A DNA stretch of 64,000 bases from an uncultured Candidatus Saccharibacteria bacterium (GTDB lineage: Bacteria; Patescibacteriota; Minisyncoccia; Phycocordibacterales; UBA918): positions 228,528-292,527 of the forward strand of contig CAYGLK010000001.1 of assembly GCA_964350985.1 (NCBI GenBank), in the 5' to 3' direction. Numbering within the stretch: position 1 is the first letter of the stretch; each line of letters begins with the position of its first letter. The notes under the pieces are model-generated. The model worked only from the letters and a program-made list of their open reading frames with translations. It was not told the DNA's origin and did no database searches. Positions 20,432 through 29,764 of the stretch are shown here, piece after piece. The position numbers and the translations under genes are program-made.

Positions 20432-21814
20432 ATGGCAGACAAACTCGTCACAAACCGAAATCTTCGTACTCCACCGCATAACGTTGATGCTGAAAGAGCA
20501 TTACTTGGAGCTATTATTTTGAAACCTGACGTCATGCACGACGTTTCAGTTTCTGTTTACCCTGAGAGTTTTTATGCTGACAAACACCGAGCTATTTATG
20601 AAGCAATTTTATCTATTTTCTCCAAAGGAGATCCAATTGACGTTGTCTCTTTAGTATCAAAGCTTAAGAGTAACAACACCCATGATCGAGTTGGTGGCGC
20701 TAGTTATATAACTGAACTTATCGAGACTGTTCCCGCAGCTGGTAACGCTAACTACTACGCAGAATTGGTTCAAGGAAAATCTGCGCTTAGAAACCTGATC
20801 TACGCTGCTGATGATATTGCTGAGATCGGTTACTCAGATCCAGACAGTGTTGACGAGGCTTTGGATCAAGCTGAGAAAAAGATTTTTCATGCAACCCAGT
20901 CGCCAACTGCCCAGAAGTTTAAGACTATTGGTAATTCCCTTTCTGAAGCTTGGGAGCGTTTTGAATATCTAAGTGCTAACCAAGAAGAAAGACGTGGTGT
21001 TCCTTCTGGCTTTACCGCTCTAGATAACCTCTTGGCTGGATTCCAAAAATCTGACCTGATCATTTTGGCTGCTCGTCCTTCTATGGGAAAGACTACTTTT
21101 GCGCTTGATGTGGCTCGAAATGCTGCTTTGAAGTTCGGTGCATCAGTGGGTATCTTTTCTCTGGAAATGAGTGATCAACAGTTAGTTGATCGTATGTTGG
21201 CAGCGGAAGCTGGAGTGGACTCATGGAAACTGCGTACTGGTAAGTTATCAAACGACCAAGAGTTTGAAGCGGTGCAAAAAGCGATGGCTAAGCTTTCTGA
21301 TGCTCAGATCCATATCGATGACCAAGCCGGAAATAATATTTTAAAAATGCGTTCCGCTGCTCGTCGTCTTAAGAACGAACATGGACTAGATCTACTTATT
21401 GTCGACTATCTTCAGCTTATGTCCCCTACTGCGACTAAGTCTAGTGATTCAATGGTACAACAAGTAACTGAAATCTCTCGTTCACTTAAGATTCTGGCGC
21501 GGGACTTGGAAGTACCAGTTATTGCTTTGTCACAGCTTTCGCGTGCTGTAGAACAACGAGGTGGTAAGCCACGCCTTTCTGACCTTCGTGACTCAGGTTC
21601 TATTGAACAGGATGCTGACGTGGTGATGTTTATTCACCGTGAAGATAAAATAAATAAAGAATCAGAAAGACCAAACATTGCTGAGATTTTGGTAGAAAAA
21701 CACCGTAACGGTCCAGTTGGATCTTGTGAGTTATACTTCGATGGAACACATGTTCGCTTCCTTAACCTGGATACCAAACACCATAGTGTGGCTGGTGGAG
21801 GTGATGACTTCTAA
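20432..21814 (+). CDS. dnaB: replicative DNA helicase
   Basis: Walker A ARPSMGKTTFALD, DnaB N-terminal domain, RecA-like C-terminal domain. Confidence 0.9.
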   Translation: MADKLVTNRNLRTPPHNVDAERALLGAIILKPDVMHDVSVSVYPESFYADKHRAIYEAILSIFSKGDPIDVVSLVSKLKSNNTHDRVGGASYITELIETVPAAGNANYYAELVQGKSALRNLIYAADDIAEIGYSDPDSVDEALDQAEKKIFHATQSPTAQKFKTIGNSLSEAWERFEYLSANQEERRGVPSGFTALDNLLAGFQKSDLIILAARPSMGKTTFALDVARNAALKFGASVGIFSLEMSDQQLVDRMLAAEAGVDSWKLRTGKLSNDQEFEAVQKAMAKLSDAQIHIDDQAGNNILKMRSAARRLKNEHGLDLLIVDYLQLMSPTATKSSDSMVQQVTEISRSLKILARDLEVPVIALSQLSRAVEQRGGKPRLSDLRDSGSIEQDADVVMFIHREDKINKESERPNIAEILVEKHRNGPVGSCELYFDGTHVRFLNLDTKHHSVAGGGDDF

Positions 21815-21836
21815 TCGTTGTAGTTGTAAATAGGTC

Positions 21837-21877
21837 GTATCATACATGATATGACTTTCGTATCATGTATGATACGA
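21837..21877. promoter_or_regulatory. perfect 16-bp inverted repeat (cgtatcatacatgata / tatcatgtatgatacg) between dnaB and recR
   Basis: seen directly; no T-run, so more likely a protein-binding site than a terminator. Confidence 0.4.
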
Positions 21878-21908
21878 AAACATAATTTAAAATCAGAAAA
21901 ATTTAAAC

Positions 21909-22532
21909 ATGACCCCGCTCGATAAACTTATAGCTTATTTTGAAAAATTTCCTGGTATTGGTGCTCGCCAAGCTAAGCGTTTTGCTTTTCATATTTTAAC
22001 TCTCAAACGTGAACAGGTTGATGAACTTGCTTCCCTTATTACTTCCCTACCAAGCTCAGTTTCAGAATGTTTTGATTGTCATCGGTTTTTCTCCTCTTCA
22101 TATAACTCAAACAATAACCTCTGTAATATCTGTGATAGTACTTCAAGAGACAAGAGTAAGTTGATGGTTGTGTCTCGGGACAGTGATATTCAAGCTATCG
22201 AGAGGAGTAATGTATATAACGGACTTTACTTTGTCTTAGGCGGCACTATATCGCTTCTCAATGGGCCTGAAACGAATTCTAAGCTACGTAGCGGTGCCTT
22301 TCGTGCCTTATTAGATAAAAGACTAAAAGAAAGTCTTAATGAAGTTATTTTAGCCTTTTCAATCAATCCTGACGGAGAAAATACTAGTCGTTACATTGAG
22401 ACTGTTTTGCAAGAAATTCCTGAAGCCAGCAAGTTAAAAATTACCCACCTTGGTCGCGGCCTTTCAACCGGTAGTGAGCTTGAATATGCTGATCCTGAAA
22501 CTATCAAAAGTGCTTTGAGTAATCGAAACTAA
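21909..22532 (+). CDS. recR: recombination protein RecR
   Basis: HhH N-terminus (FPGIGARQAKRFAFH), C4 zinc finger, Toprim domain. Confidence 0.9.
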   Translation: MTPLDKLIAYFEKFPGIGARQAKRFAFHILTLKREQVDELASLITSLPSSVSECFDCHRFFSSSYNSNNNLCNICDSTSRDKSKLMVVSRDSDIQAIERSNVYNGLYFVLGGTISLLNGPETNSKLRSGAFRALLDKRLKESLNEVILAFSINPDGENTSRYIETVLQEIPEASKLKITHLGRGLSTGSELEYADPETIKSALSNRN

Positions 22533-22539
22533 GCTAATC

Positions 22540-22572
22540 AAAAAGAACGGCGCCCATGGGCGCCGTTCTTTT
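22540..22572. terminator. palindromic bidirectional terminator
   Basis: aaagaacggcgcccatgggcgccgttcttttt. Confidence 0.75.
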
Positions 22573-22581
22573 TGATTTGTA

Positions 22582-22914
22582 TTAGATAGACTTGATTTCG
22601 ATCTCAGCGTAGTGCTGTCTGTGACCAATTCTTCGGTCTCGGTTACTCTTAGCTTTGTAGCGAACAATAGTAAGCTTTGGACCCTTCTTCTCTCCTAAGT
22701 AAGTTGCCTTAACCTTTGAGCCTGTGTGAGGTGTGCCGATTTTAGCCGCTTTACCATCATCAGTCATTAGGACAGTATCAAACTCGATAGTATCTCCTTC
22801 TTTGTATTCACCAAGAAGTTCAACTAGGATTTTGTCGCCCACTGAAACCACGTATTGCTTGCCGCCAGTTGCGATAACTGCGAAGGCGTCTTTGTTAGCT
22901 GTTTTTGTTGCCAT
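22582..22914 (-). CDS. rplU: 50S ribosomal protein L21
   Basis: FAVIATGGKQYVVSVGD ... GHRQHYAEIEI. Confidence 0.85.
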   Translation of the reverse strand: MATKTANKDAFAVIATGGKQYVVSVGDKILVELLGEYKEGDTIEFDTVLMTDDGKAAKIGTPHTGSKVKATYLGEKKGPKLTIVRYKAKSNRDRRIGHRQHYAEIEIKSI

Positions 22915-23118
22915 AGTGCGGGCTATAGTACAAGAAAACCCCTAAAATTGCAAGGGAATCTAGCTTCTCCATTTTTTAACATTATCTTCAGGTTCGTTGA
23001 TGTATGGTTCTAATGCGTTCAGTCATTTTTTGAATATTTACATTGTAAAACACCGCCTCTGGAGAAGCGGCGTTTTTTTTGGGTGTGGCATTCCCAACAT
23101 TTAATATCACACCCCTTG

Positions 23119-23403
23119 CTAATCTGCCGACCAAGTTCCTAACGCGAGGCTGAAAATGCACAGCAAGGTGATGTAGGAGTTGATAATGAAGACAACTACC
23201 CCAATAGCCGCAAGAATCCCCTCTCCAAAGAACATCACGATGAAGTAGACAGACAGAGCAGCGATGGACATTCCCAGACCGGTCCATACTTTTTTTTGAT
23301 CCCTCAAGGGAGGGATCAACTCGTCCCATTTTTGGTCGACTACTGAGTACATGAATCCTGGGAATGTCACCCAGGCCACAATTTTCCAGAAACGTTGTGC
23401 CAC
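23119..23403 (-). CDS. small 2-TM membrane protein (GC-rich islet)
   Basis: 94 aa; own terminator (gccgcttctccagaggcggtgtttt at about 23045-23085); the overlapping 22988-23329 ORF is judged spurious. Confidence 0.4.
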   Translation of the reverse strand: MAQRFWKIVAWVTFPGFMYSVVDQKWDELIPPLRDQKKVWTGLGMSIAALSVYFIVMFFGEGILAAIGVVVFIINSYITLLCIFSLALGTWSAD

Positions 23404-23504
23404 GTCGCTCTCCTCGTTACTCCGCGAAAACGAAGTATTCTATAATTACAATGTCACATGAATACCTAAAAGTCAATAAAACTGATTACGCTGTAGGGCT
23501 AATT

Positions 23505-24620
23505 TTACTCCTTTGTAGGCTTGTCCAAAACCAAGGTCTCATGTCCGGTACTTTCTCCAGAGATACGCACTACATCCTTATCTACCTTGGCTAATTCCTT
23601 GCTGGCAGCGTTGTAGTGATTGACGGTAGTACCAAGACTGTTCCCTACTTTTTCAAAATATTCATTATAAGCACTCAGATGTCGCGAGAGTTTTTCGACA
23701 TTAGCTTGTATCTCTTTTGCCCCCTCTTCTACCTTAAAGGCTCTAAAGCCGTAGAGGACTGACTGGAGATAAGCGGCAAAAGTAGTTGGTGACACAATAA
23801 TGACGTTCTTGTCTCTGTAGGCGTAGTCAATTAGTGAACGAGTGTTTACTTTAATAGAACCTACTTCATTTACAAGTAAGTCGTAATAGATCGCTTCAGC
23901 TGGGATATACATAAAGGCAAATGGTAAAGTACCATCCTTTGGTCGGATATATTTTGCTGTTTCATCAATTCTTTTCTTGAGGTCGTTTTTAAATTCTTTT
24001 TCTAACTCCAAACGACGCTGATCATCAGTTTCATCTACCAGACGACGATAATTATCTAGTGAAAACTTAGCATCAACCGGGATCATTCCGTCTTTGGTGA
24101 TAATGACAGCATCAACAGTTTCCCCTCCTTCAAAAAGGTATTGAAATTTATAAGCGCCAACCGGAAGGATATTCTCTAGAGCTAACTGCAGACTGGCTTC
24201 ACCGAGGTTCCCTCTTTGTTTTTGGTGCTTGAGTACCTTCTCAAGATTTTGTAGTTGCTCGGCGATGGTAAATACCTGCTTCGAACTCTCACTTACTTCT
24301 GACACGTGTTTCTGTACACCAAGTAGTTTTTCATTGATACTTTCTTGAATAGCACGAATTTGTTCGTTAACGTCTTTGTTGATCTCTTGCATCAGTTCCT
24401 TACTGTCTCTAAATTGCTGACGACTCCCTTCTTGCGCTAGACGATTACTCTCGCCCATCTGCTCACGCATACCACGAGAAAGTTCTTGAATCTGTTGCTG
24501 CATCAAAAGCAGGCTATCGTTATCAGTCGCTTTTTTCTCCGGACGGAAGAAAAAAACGTAAACTAGTAAGCCGAGAATTGCTACTAAGAGTAGCAAAAGA
24601 ATAATAATGATAGTGTCCAT
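23505..24620 (-). CDS. rmuC: DNA recombination protein RmuC
   Basis: N-terminal TM, long coiled coil, C-terminal RmuC nuclease-like domain. Confidence 0.75.
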   Translation of the reverse strand: MDTIIIILLLLLVAILGLLVYVFFFRPEKKATDNDSLLLMQQQIQELSRGMREQMGESNRLAQEGSRQQFRDSKELMQEINKDVNEQIRAIQESINEKLLGVQKHVSEVSESSKQVFTIAEQLQNLEKVLKHQKQRGNLGEASLQLALENILPVGAYKFQYLFEGGETVDAVIITKDGMIPVDAKFSLDNYRRLVDETDDQRRLELEKEFKNDLKKRIDETAKYIRPKDGTLPFAFMYIPAEAIYYDLLVNEVGSIKVNTRSLIDYAYRDKNVIIVSPTTFAAYLQSVLYGFRAFKVEEGAKEIQANVEKLSRHLSAYNEYFEKVGNSLGTTVNHYNAASKELAKVDKDVVRISGESTGHETLVLDKPTKE

Positions 24621-24772
24621 GCCGACTATTTTACCATGATAGCAAGCGAAGCTTGCTGTCCACTCTACATTGACAATAATGATATTTTCTTATTTAATTA
24701 AAAAAGAATCGCTAGGGATCGACTACAACACTCCTAAGATCTTTTTCACCCACCTGACAAGAGGGGTTTGTC

Positions 24773-25024
24773 ATGAAAAATGTGTTGGCCAAGATGGTCA
24801 AGTTCTTCGCTTTTCTGCTTTACCGCGGAGGAGTCTTTCTCTTCGTGGCAAGTCTGCCTATTTACTTCTCCAGGCAGTTTCCAGCCTTCGAACTGTCTTT
24901 CTTCGCTTTTTGCGGCCTCTCTGCTGTTGCTGGGGAGGTTTTGCGGGAAGTATACGAATACTATACCGCAGAGGAGTTGGACTGGAGACTTTTTCCAAAA
25001 AGGAAACGAGCGACCAGCCAATGA
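24773..25024 (+). CDS. small membrane protein, first gene of the GC-rich cassette array
   Basis: RBS gagggg 7 nt upstream; 83 aa with 2-3 hydrophobic helices; overlapping ORFs in other frames judged spurious. Confidence 0.4.
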   Translation: MKNVLAKMVKFFAFLLYRGGVFLFVASLPIYFSRQFPAFELSFFAFCGLSAVAGEVLREVYEYYTAEELDWRLFPKRKRATSQ

Positions 25025-25061
25025 TTTTACCGGTTTTGGCTGTGTCGACCAACCAGCCCAC

Positions 25062-25145
25062 GATCGCCGCTCTCCACGAGCGGCGGTCTTTCTTTTTTTC
25101 TTTTAAATATTAGTCACAAATATTGACTTTAGGTATAATTTATGT
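25062..25145 (+). promoter_or_regulatory. cassette junction module R1: terminator hairpin (cgccgctc-tccac-gagcggcg + T-run) fused to promoter-like ttgact..tataat
   Basis: near-identical copies at 26115-26197 and a degenerate copy at 27106-27185. Confidence 0.7.
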
Positions 25146-25222
25146 TATTATCTCAAAAGATCTGTATCTAACAACAGCTATGCTTATCTCATTCTATCTC
25201 TGCACTTTGACAAGGAATAAAG

Positions 25223-26086
25223 ATGAAAAATATAAATTGGAACGTTCTTTGGGACATTCTCTGCGAAGACATCAGTAGCAAGAATCTGAGGGGTCCAGAA
25301 ATTGTCAATTGGCAAAAGGTCTGCTTGTTTCACGCGTCTCTCCAGGCCATCGGAGTAATGTTTCTCTTTGCTTTAGGGGAAGCAAGCTATATCCCGGTAA
25401 TTGCAGGCCTGTTGTTTCTCTTAGCTGGCATAGCACCTACTGTGCTGGCATTTGCTTTGGATCTTTCGACAGTCGTGTCGGAGAGAGTACCTTCTTTTTT
25501 GGCACGAGCCAAAATGACTATCGGTCAATGGCGTCAGCAAAAGCGAACAGCTAAACATTTTGAGACACTCGGACAAAGAAAAATCAGTCCATATGTCTCA
25601 ATGGAGGGATCAATTGATCTGACGTCCATGTCGCAGTTGTTGGCAATTTGTCGCTCAGTTGTCCAGCAGCATTTCCGGTCACTTACTCTGGAGGAGCAGA
25701 TTTCCCTGATCGAAGTCTCGCACAAGTTTAAGGAAGGAAAGAAAGAAGTGATTTCGGTCACTGTCACCTTCCTTTATGAACGCAGTTTGAAAGTCCGTCG
25801 TGACGGCGTCGATCGTGATGTGCTAGTGCACTCCGGTCACACTATTCAGCTTTTTCCAGACGGGACAAGGATCGTTGACATTGAGCACGTGCTCTCGCAA
25901 GGCACCAGGATGCTGAGCGGTTTAGACGATGTACGAGCGCACGTCTTGAACGTAGCTCACCGACTGCTGGATAATGACATCGACGTCGGTTCGGCCGAAA
26001 AAGATGCGTCGTCCGTGGTGATGTTGGCTTCAATGCCAACTGGCCAAAGTCGGAAGAGCTCATCTTCAGATTCTGTTCTTGAGTAG
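25223..26086 (+). CDS. 2-TM protein with about 190-aa soluble C-terminal domain, paralog A
   Basis: about 52% GC; shares a block (VTVTFLYERSLKVRRDGVDRDVLVHSGH) with paralog B (VTVVTFVYRRCEQTVEDGVSHDRLVASAH). Confidence 0.5.
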   Translation: MKNINWNVLWDILCEDISSKNLRGPEIVNWQKVCLFHASLQAIGVMFLFALGEASYIPVIAGLLFLLAGIAPTVLAFALDLSTVVSERVPSFLARAKMTIGQWRQQKRTAKHFETLGQRKISPYVSMEGSIDLTSMSQLLAICRSVVQQHFRSLTLEEQISLIEVSHKFKEGKKEVISVTVTFLYERSLKVRRDGVDRDVLVHSGHTIQLFPDGTRIVDIEHVLSQGTRMLSGLDDVRAHVLNVAHRLLDNDIDVGSAEKDASSVVMLASMPTGQSRKSSSSDSVLE

Positions 26087-26114
26087 CCGGCACCGCTGGC
26101 TACTCACCACCATT

Positions 26115-26197
26115 GATCGCCGCTCTCCACGAGCGGCGGTCTTTCTTTTTTTCTTTTAAATATTAGTCGCAAATATTGACTTTAGGTATAATTTATG
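26115..26197 (+). promoter_or_regulatory. cassette junction module R2
   Basis: about 97% identical to R1. Confidence 0.7.
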
Positions 26198-26281
26198 CTA
26201 TAAACTAAATAGCAATTGTATTAAACCAGCACCCCGCTGTTTTTTGAATCGATCTTTAACAACAAACCTAGGAGGTGTCAG

Positions 26282-27070
26282 ATGAGTATCACTGGCGATT
26301 TTTATGAGGAGAGGTCAGACGACCTGGACACAAAGGAAGGAGGGCTGTTGTTATCGGTTCTTATTCTTTGGTTTGGCGCTGGAGTTGCTGCATGGCTAAG
26401 CTCTGATCCTGTGACTGGGTTTCAGACGGTCCTTCATGTTGTGAGCAGTTTCCTCTTCTTTCTCCCGTTCATCCCACTCATTGTTACTATACCGGCCGAT
26501 TTCTTGGTCGGTGTGCGTAATCATATCGACGGATGGTGGAATGACATCCAAGGATTCCTTGGGTCACGTCGGAGAAAAAAAATGGAATCTAGTACGCTTG
26601 AGCGGCTTGATCCAAGCAAGATTGAGCCGCACATTTCGAGTCCCTTGCCGGACCTGGGCAACGCTACTCACCTCAAGGAGATCTGTGTTGAGATTGTCCT
26701 GGATCAGTTGGGACGTAAGCTGGTCAGGGATGAGGAGGTTTATGTCCTCAGTTCTGAGCCGAAACCAGGTGGCAAAGTGACTGTTGTCACTTTTGTCTAC
26801 CGTCGGTGCGAACAGACGGTAGAGGACGGCGTCAGTCACGACCGTTTGGTTGCGTCGGCACATGTGGTCAGGCTTTTGCTCAACAGCTTGGCTAAGTGTG
26901 TCGACATATCTTGGGTCACTTCACTCACTCATAAGGAATTGGGTGATCTGGAGGATCCGGAGAGCTTTGTGACCAACGTCACCCAGAGGCTGGAAGGAGA
27001 CTTGCTGCCATGTTCGGCTGTACCAGCTACAGTCAGAAGCATGACTTCCAGGATTCCTCTCTCTGAGTGA
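26282..27070 (+). CDS. 2-TM protein, paralog B
   Basis: RBS ggaggtg; same architecture as paralog A and a homologous C-terminal domain. Confidence 0.5.
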   Translation: MSITGDFYEERSDDLDTKEGGLLLSVLILWFGAGVAAWLSSDPVTGFQTVLHVVSSFLFFLPFIPLIVTIPADFLVGVRNHIDGWWNDIQGFLGSRRRKKMESSTLERLDPSKIEPHISSPLPDLGNATHLKEICVEIVLDQLGRKLVRDEEVYVLSSEPKPGGKVTVVTFVYRRCEQTVEDGVSHDRLVASAHVVRLLLNSLAKCVDISWVTSLTHKELGDLEDPESFVTNVTQRLEGDLLPCSAVPATVRSMTSRIPLSE

Positions 27071-27105
27071 TTGCTCTCGTCTTGCGATGCTCGCGCACCG
27101 CCCCC

Positions 27106-27185
27106 GATCGCCGCTCTCCTCGAGCGGCGATTTTCTTTATTTAAATATTGGATGCAAACATTGACTAAATACATATTTTATAATA
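27106..27185 (+). promoter_or_regulatory. cassette junction module R3 (degenerate)
   Basis: gatcgccgctctcctcgagcggcga + T-run + ttgact, diverged from R1/R2. Confidence 0.55.
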
Positions 27186-27213
27186 TAAAATATCAAGTTC
27201 CTTAATTTTCAAT

Positions 27214-27267
27214 GATGAGACGAGCGAATTGCGGCTTATTTTATAGGCCTTAGCTCGCTCGTCTCAT
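27214..27267. other. long hairpin (11-bp stem gagacgagcga / tcgctcgtctc, about 29-nt loop) upstream of the repeat-peptide gene
   Basis: seen directly. Confidence 0.5.
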
Positions 27268-27314
27268 TCTGGACAAGTCGTTGCCGAACGGTTTTCGGTA
27301 TTGAGGACCATCAC

Positions 27315-27518
27315 ATGAACCAAAGCTTAAACCACCAACCGACGCTGGATCAGCTGGTTGCAAACGGTGAGCCTTTCCATGGCTTCTACCCGAAGCCGGC
27401 ACCTCAACCGCTGGTTGCAAACGGTGAGCCTTTCCATGGCTTCTACCCGAAGCCAGCGGCTCCGCCACCGGGACAGGATTGCTTCGACTACGTGACCCGC
27501 CCGATATTTGACGAATAG
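27315..27518 (+). CDS. small Pro/Gly-rich peptide with internal 19-aa tandem duplication (LVANGEPFHGFYPKPAxxP x2)
   Basis: 57-bp DNA tandem repeat at 27353-27397 and 27410-27455; GC-rich. Confidence 0.3.
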   Translation: MNQSLNHQPTLDQLVANGEPFHGFYPKPAPQPLVANGEPFHGFYPKPAAPPPGQDCFDYVTRPIFDE

Positions 27519-27642
27519 CGGCGTTCTTGCTATTCGAAATCGGACTGCTTTCATCTCATTCATTTGGGGTGGGCAGTCCATTTTTTATATTTCAATCAAA
27601 ATCTCCCTCTGTGATATAATTTCAATATTAAATTTGTTTTAT

Positions 27643-28095
27643 ATGTCAATTCACACTGATCTTAGAGTTAGCCTTAAAGAAGCGATGAAAGCTAAGGATG
27701 ATGTTACTTTGCGTACTGTTAGAGGTATTATGACTGCTTGTACTAACGAACTAGTCGCTACTGGAAGAACTCCACAAGACGAACTTAAAGACGAAGAAGT
27801 CCTAGCTGTTATTAAGCGTCTAGCTAAGCAGCGAAAAGAATCAATCGTTCAATACGAAGCAGCTAACCGTCCTGAACTAGCAGTACCAGAAAAAGAAGAG
27901 CTAGCTGTTTTGGAAGCATACTTACCTACTTTAATGTCTCAAGAAGAAATCAGACCAGTAGCAGAAGCACTTAAAGCTGAGCTTGGTATTGAGGACAAAG
28001 CGAAAATGGGAATGCTCATGGGAGCTGTTATCAAGAAGCTGGCTGGCCAAGCTGATGGAGCTGATGTTAAGGCTGTTGTTGAAAGTCTATTCTAG
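27643..28095 (+). CDS. GatB/YqeY domain protein
   Basis: YqeY-like sequence; extended -10 TGaTATAAT at about 27611; the track ORF N-terminal extension is judged spurious. Confidence 0.75.
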   Translation: MSIHTDLRVSLKEAMKAKDDVTLRTVRGIMTACTNELVATGRTPQDELKDEEVLAVIKRLAKQRKESIVQYEAANRPELAVPEKEELAVLEAYLPTLMSQEEIRPVAEALKAELGIEDKAKMGMLMGAVIKKLAGQADGADVKAVVESLF

Positions 28096-28237
28096 ATAGA
28101 ACCGTCGCAAACGGAAAATTTCTTTGTTGTCCTACGTAAAATATCCCTCACCGTACAATTAGTACAGCTCGTCATATTTTCCTTGTCCGCCGCGAACTTT
28201 CCTCGCTTACAGCGATTCTGGAAGATGGAAAATGAAA

Positions 28238-28272
28238 AAACCCTCGGACTCAAAGTCCGAGGGTTTTTATTT
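28238..28272 (+). terminator. rho-independent terminator
   Basis: aaaaaaccctcggactcaaagtccgagggttttta. Confidence 0.7.
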
Positions 28273-28374
28273 GTTCACTAAACTAGCGCTATTGACAACA
28301 CCTATAAAAATCGGTACTTTATGGAAGAAAAAGTTCCAATCCGTCCCAGTAGGGACTTTGAACGGAGTCAGGCC

Positions 28375-28980
28375 ATGAAAGCCAATAGTTATTTGATAGC
28401 GTTATTTCTCCTCGGGCTGATGTTTGGGCACGAGGCCTTCGCCGCTGAAGTGGAGTCAAAACCACAGGACGAGGTTGTGACTAGTACTGGCGAAAGATTT
28501 CAGTACTGCTCTGCCGACCGATGTTTGAGTGAGGGAGAAAAAGTAATTGTCTTACCCTCACGGTGCGAGTACGTCAGGCAGTCACTCTTCTTCCAGCAGA
28601 AGAACTGCTACTCGGCTGAAGTGGTGTATGTCACAGAAGCAGATCTGGTACGTGAAACTTCTGTTGCAGAAAAGCCAGAACACGTAATTCGAGTCCCTAT
28701 AGTGGTGGTGATGTTATCAATGATGCTGATGGTAGCAACGATGTTATTGATACGGTTTGAGCCAAGGGCCGAATCTCTCTCCTTCATCGCCTTTATGGCC
28801 ACCAGCGCTGCTCTCCTATTCACTTTAACTGAACCCACATCTCCTGTATTTGCTGTCTTAGGCGGCTGCATTGCCTCCGTCGCCGCCACCGCCACCGCCG
28901 ATCTAACAAAATTAAGATCGTTCTATACTTTCGCGACCATACACTTGGTCTCGATGACGAGTTATCTGTATTTGGCTTAG
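28375..28980 (+). CDS. secreted/membrane protein, unknown (GC-rich islet)
   Basis: signal peptide MKANSYLIALFLLGLMFGHEAFA, Cys-containing ectodomain, 2-3 C-terminal TM helices; about 50% GC. Confidence 0.4.
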   Translation: MKANSYLIALFLLGLMFGHEAFAAEVESKPQDEVVTSTGERFQYCSADRCLSEGEKVIVLPSRCEYVRQSLFFQQKNCYSAEVVYVTEADLVRETSVAEKPEHVIRVPIVVVMLSMMLMVATMLLIRFEPRAESLSFIAFMATSAALLFTLTEPTSPVFAVLGGCIASVAATATADLTKLRSFYTFATIHLVSMTSYLYLA

Positions 28981-29038
28981 TAAGATCCACCAAATCAAGA
29001 TCGCTTTCGCCGTCCTGCTCATGCAGGGCGGTTTTCTT

Positions 29039-29764
29039 TTATTCGCTTGATTTTAAATCTTCCAAAGTAAAATCGTCGAGCAAAAATGCCTCGGCGATTC
29101 TGTATTCTCCGATACTGGTGCGGCATAGGTCGGACATCACTGCTGGGTAGTTTAGTTTGCGTCCGATCTCTTCAGCTAGTGAGCGAATATAAGTACCGCT
29201 TCCGACGAAGAAATCAACCTCAAGCTCCAAGCGCTTTTTACCGTCTTGTGACACTTCTTTTACATCAAGTAACTTTGCACTATAAACTTTCATTTTTCTA
29301 AGTGGAATATCTGCCACAAACTCCCCTACTCTTTCAGCGGCTCTAGCACGTTTATACATCGGTACTCCATCTTTCTTAATGGCACTATAAGCTGAGACTG
29401 GAAGTTCTATCTCACCTATTAGACTAGTGAGTGCATTCTCAACTTCCTCTTTACTAATATCATTTTGATATTCTTTCTCATCTAGAATCTCCCCTTCCAT
29501 ATCACCAGTGGATCTTTTTTCTCCGATGAGAATTTTGGCAACATAGGTTTTATCTAGTCCGACCAAGTCAGCTAGTAGTTTTGTTCCCTTTTCGACACCA
29601 ATCAACATTAGTCCTGAAGCTAGTGGATCTAGAGTGCCGGCATGGCCAAACTTTCTTATTCCTGTTTTTCGTCTGAGTACACGAATAACTGTAAAAGAGC
29701 TAATCCCTTTAGGTTTGTCTATTAAAAGTAGGGTTTTATTTTGTTGTTGGTTGTCTGAGGGCAT
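29039..29764 (-). CDS. truB: tRNA pseudouridine(55) synthase
   Basis: catalytic GHAGTLDPLASG motif. Confidence 0.85.
   Translation of the reverse strand: MPSDNQQQNKTLLLIDKPKGISSFTVIRVLRRKTGIRKFGHAGTLDPLASGLMLIGVEKGTKLLADLVGLDKTYVAKILIGEKRSTGDMEGEILDEKEYQNDISKEEVENALTSLIGEIELPVSAYSAIKKDGVPMYKRARAAERVGEFVADIPLRKMKVYSAKLLDVKEVSQDGKKRLELEVDFFVGSGTYIRSLAEEIGRKLNYPAVMSDLCRTSIGEYRIAEAFLLDDFTLEDLKSSE

Noticed and set aside
20257-20432. Possible oriC/DnaA boxes upstream of dnaB
   Set aside because: No TTATCCACA-like 9-mers were found by eye in the region. Only a promoter-like TGACTA..TACAAT was seen.
22988-23329. 113-aa ORF overlapping the small membrane protein
   Set aside because: Its frame is different from the convincing 2-TM ORF 23119-23403, it runs through the terminator hairpin, and it has a Cys/His-rich nonsense composition.
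24670-25113. Alternative overlapping ORFs (24670-25113 plus, 24746-25021 minus, 24780-25106 plus, 24858-25061 minus)
   Set aside because: Only the 24773-25024 plus frame has an RBS and a coherent membrane-protein sequence. The others are GC-driven open frames.
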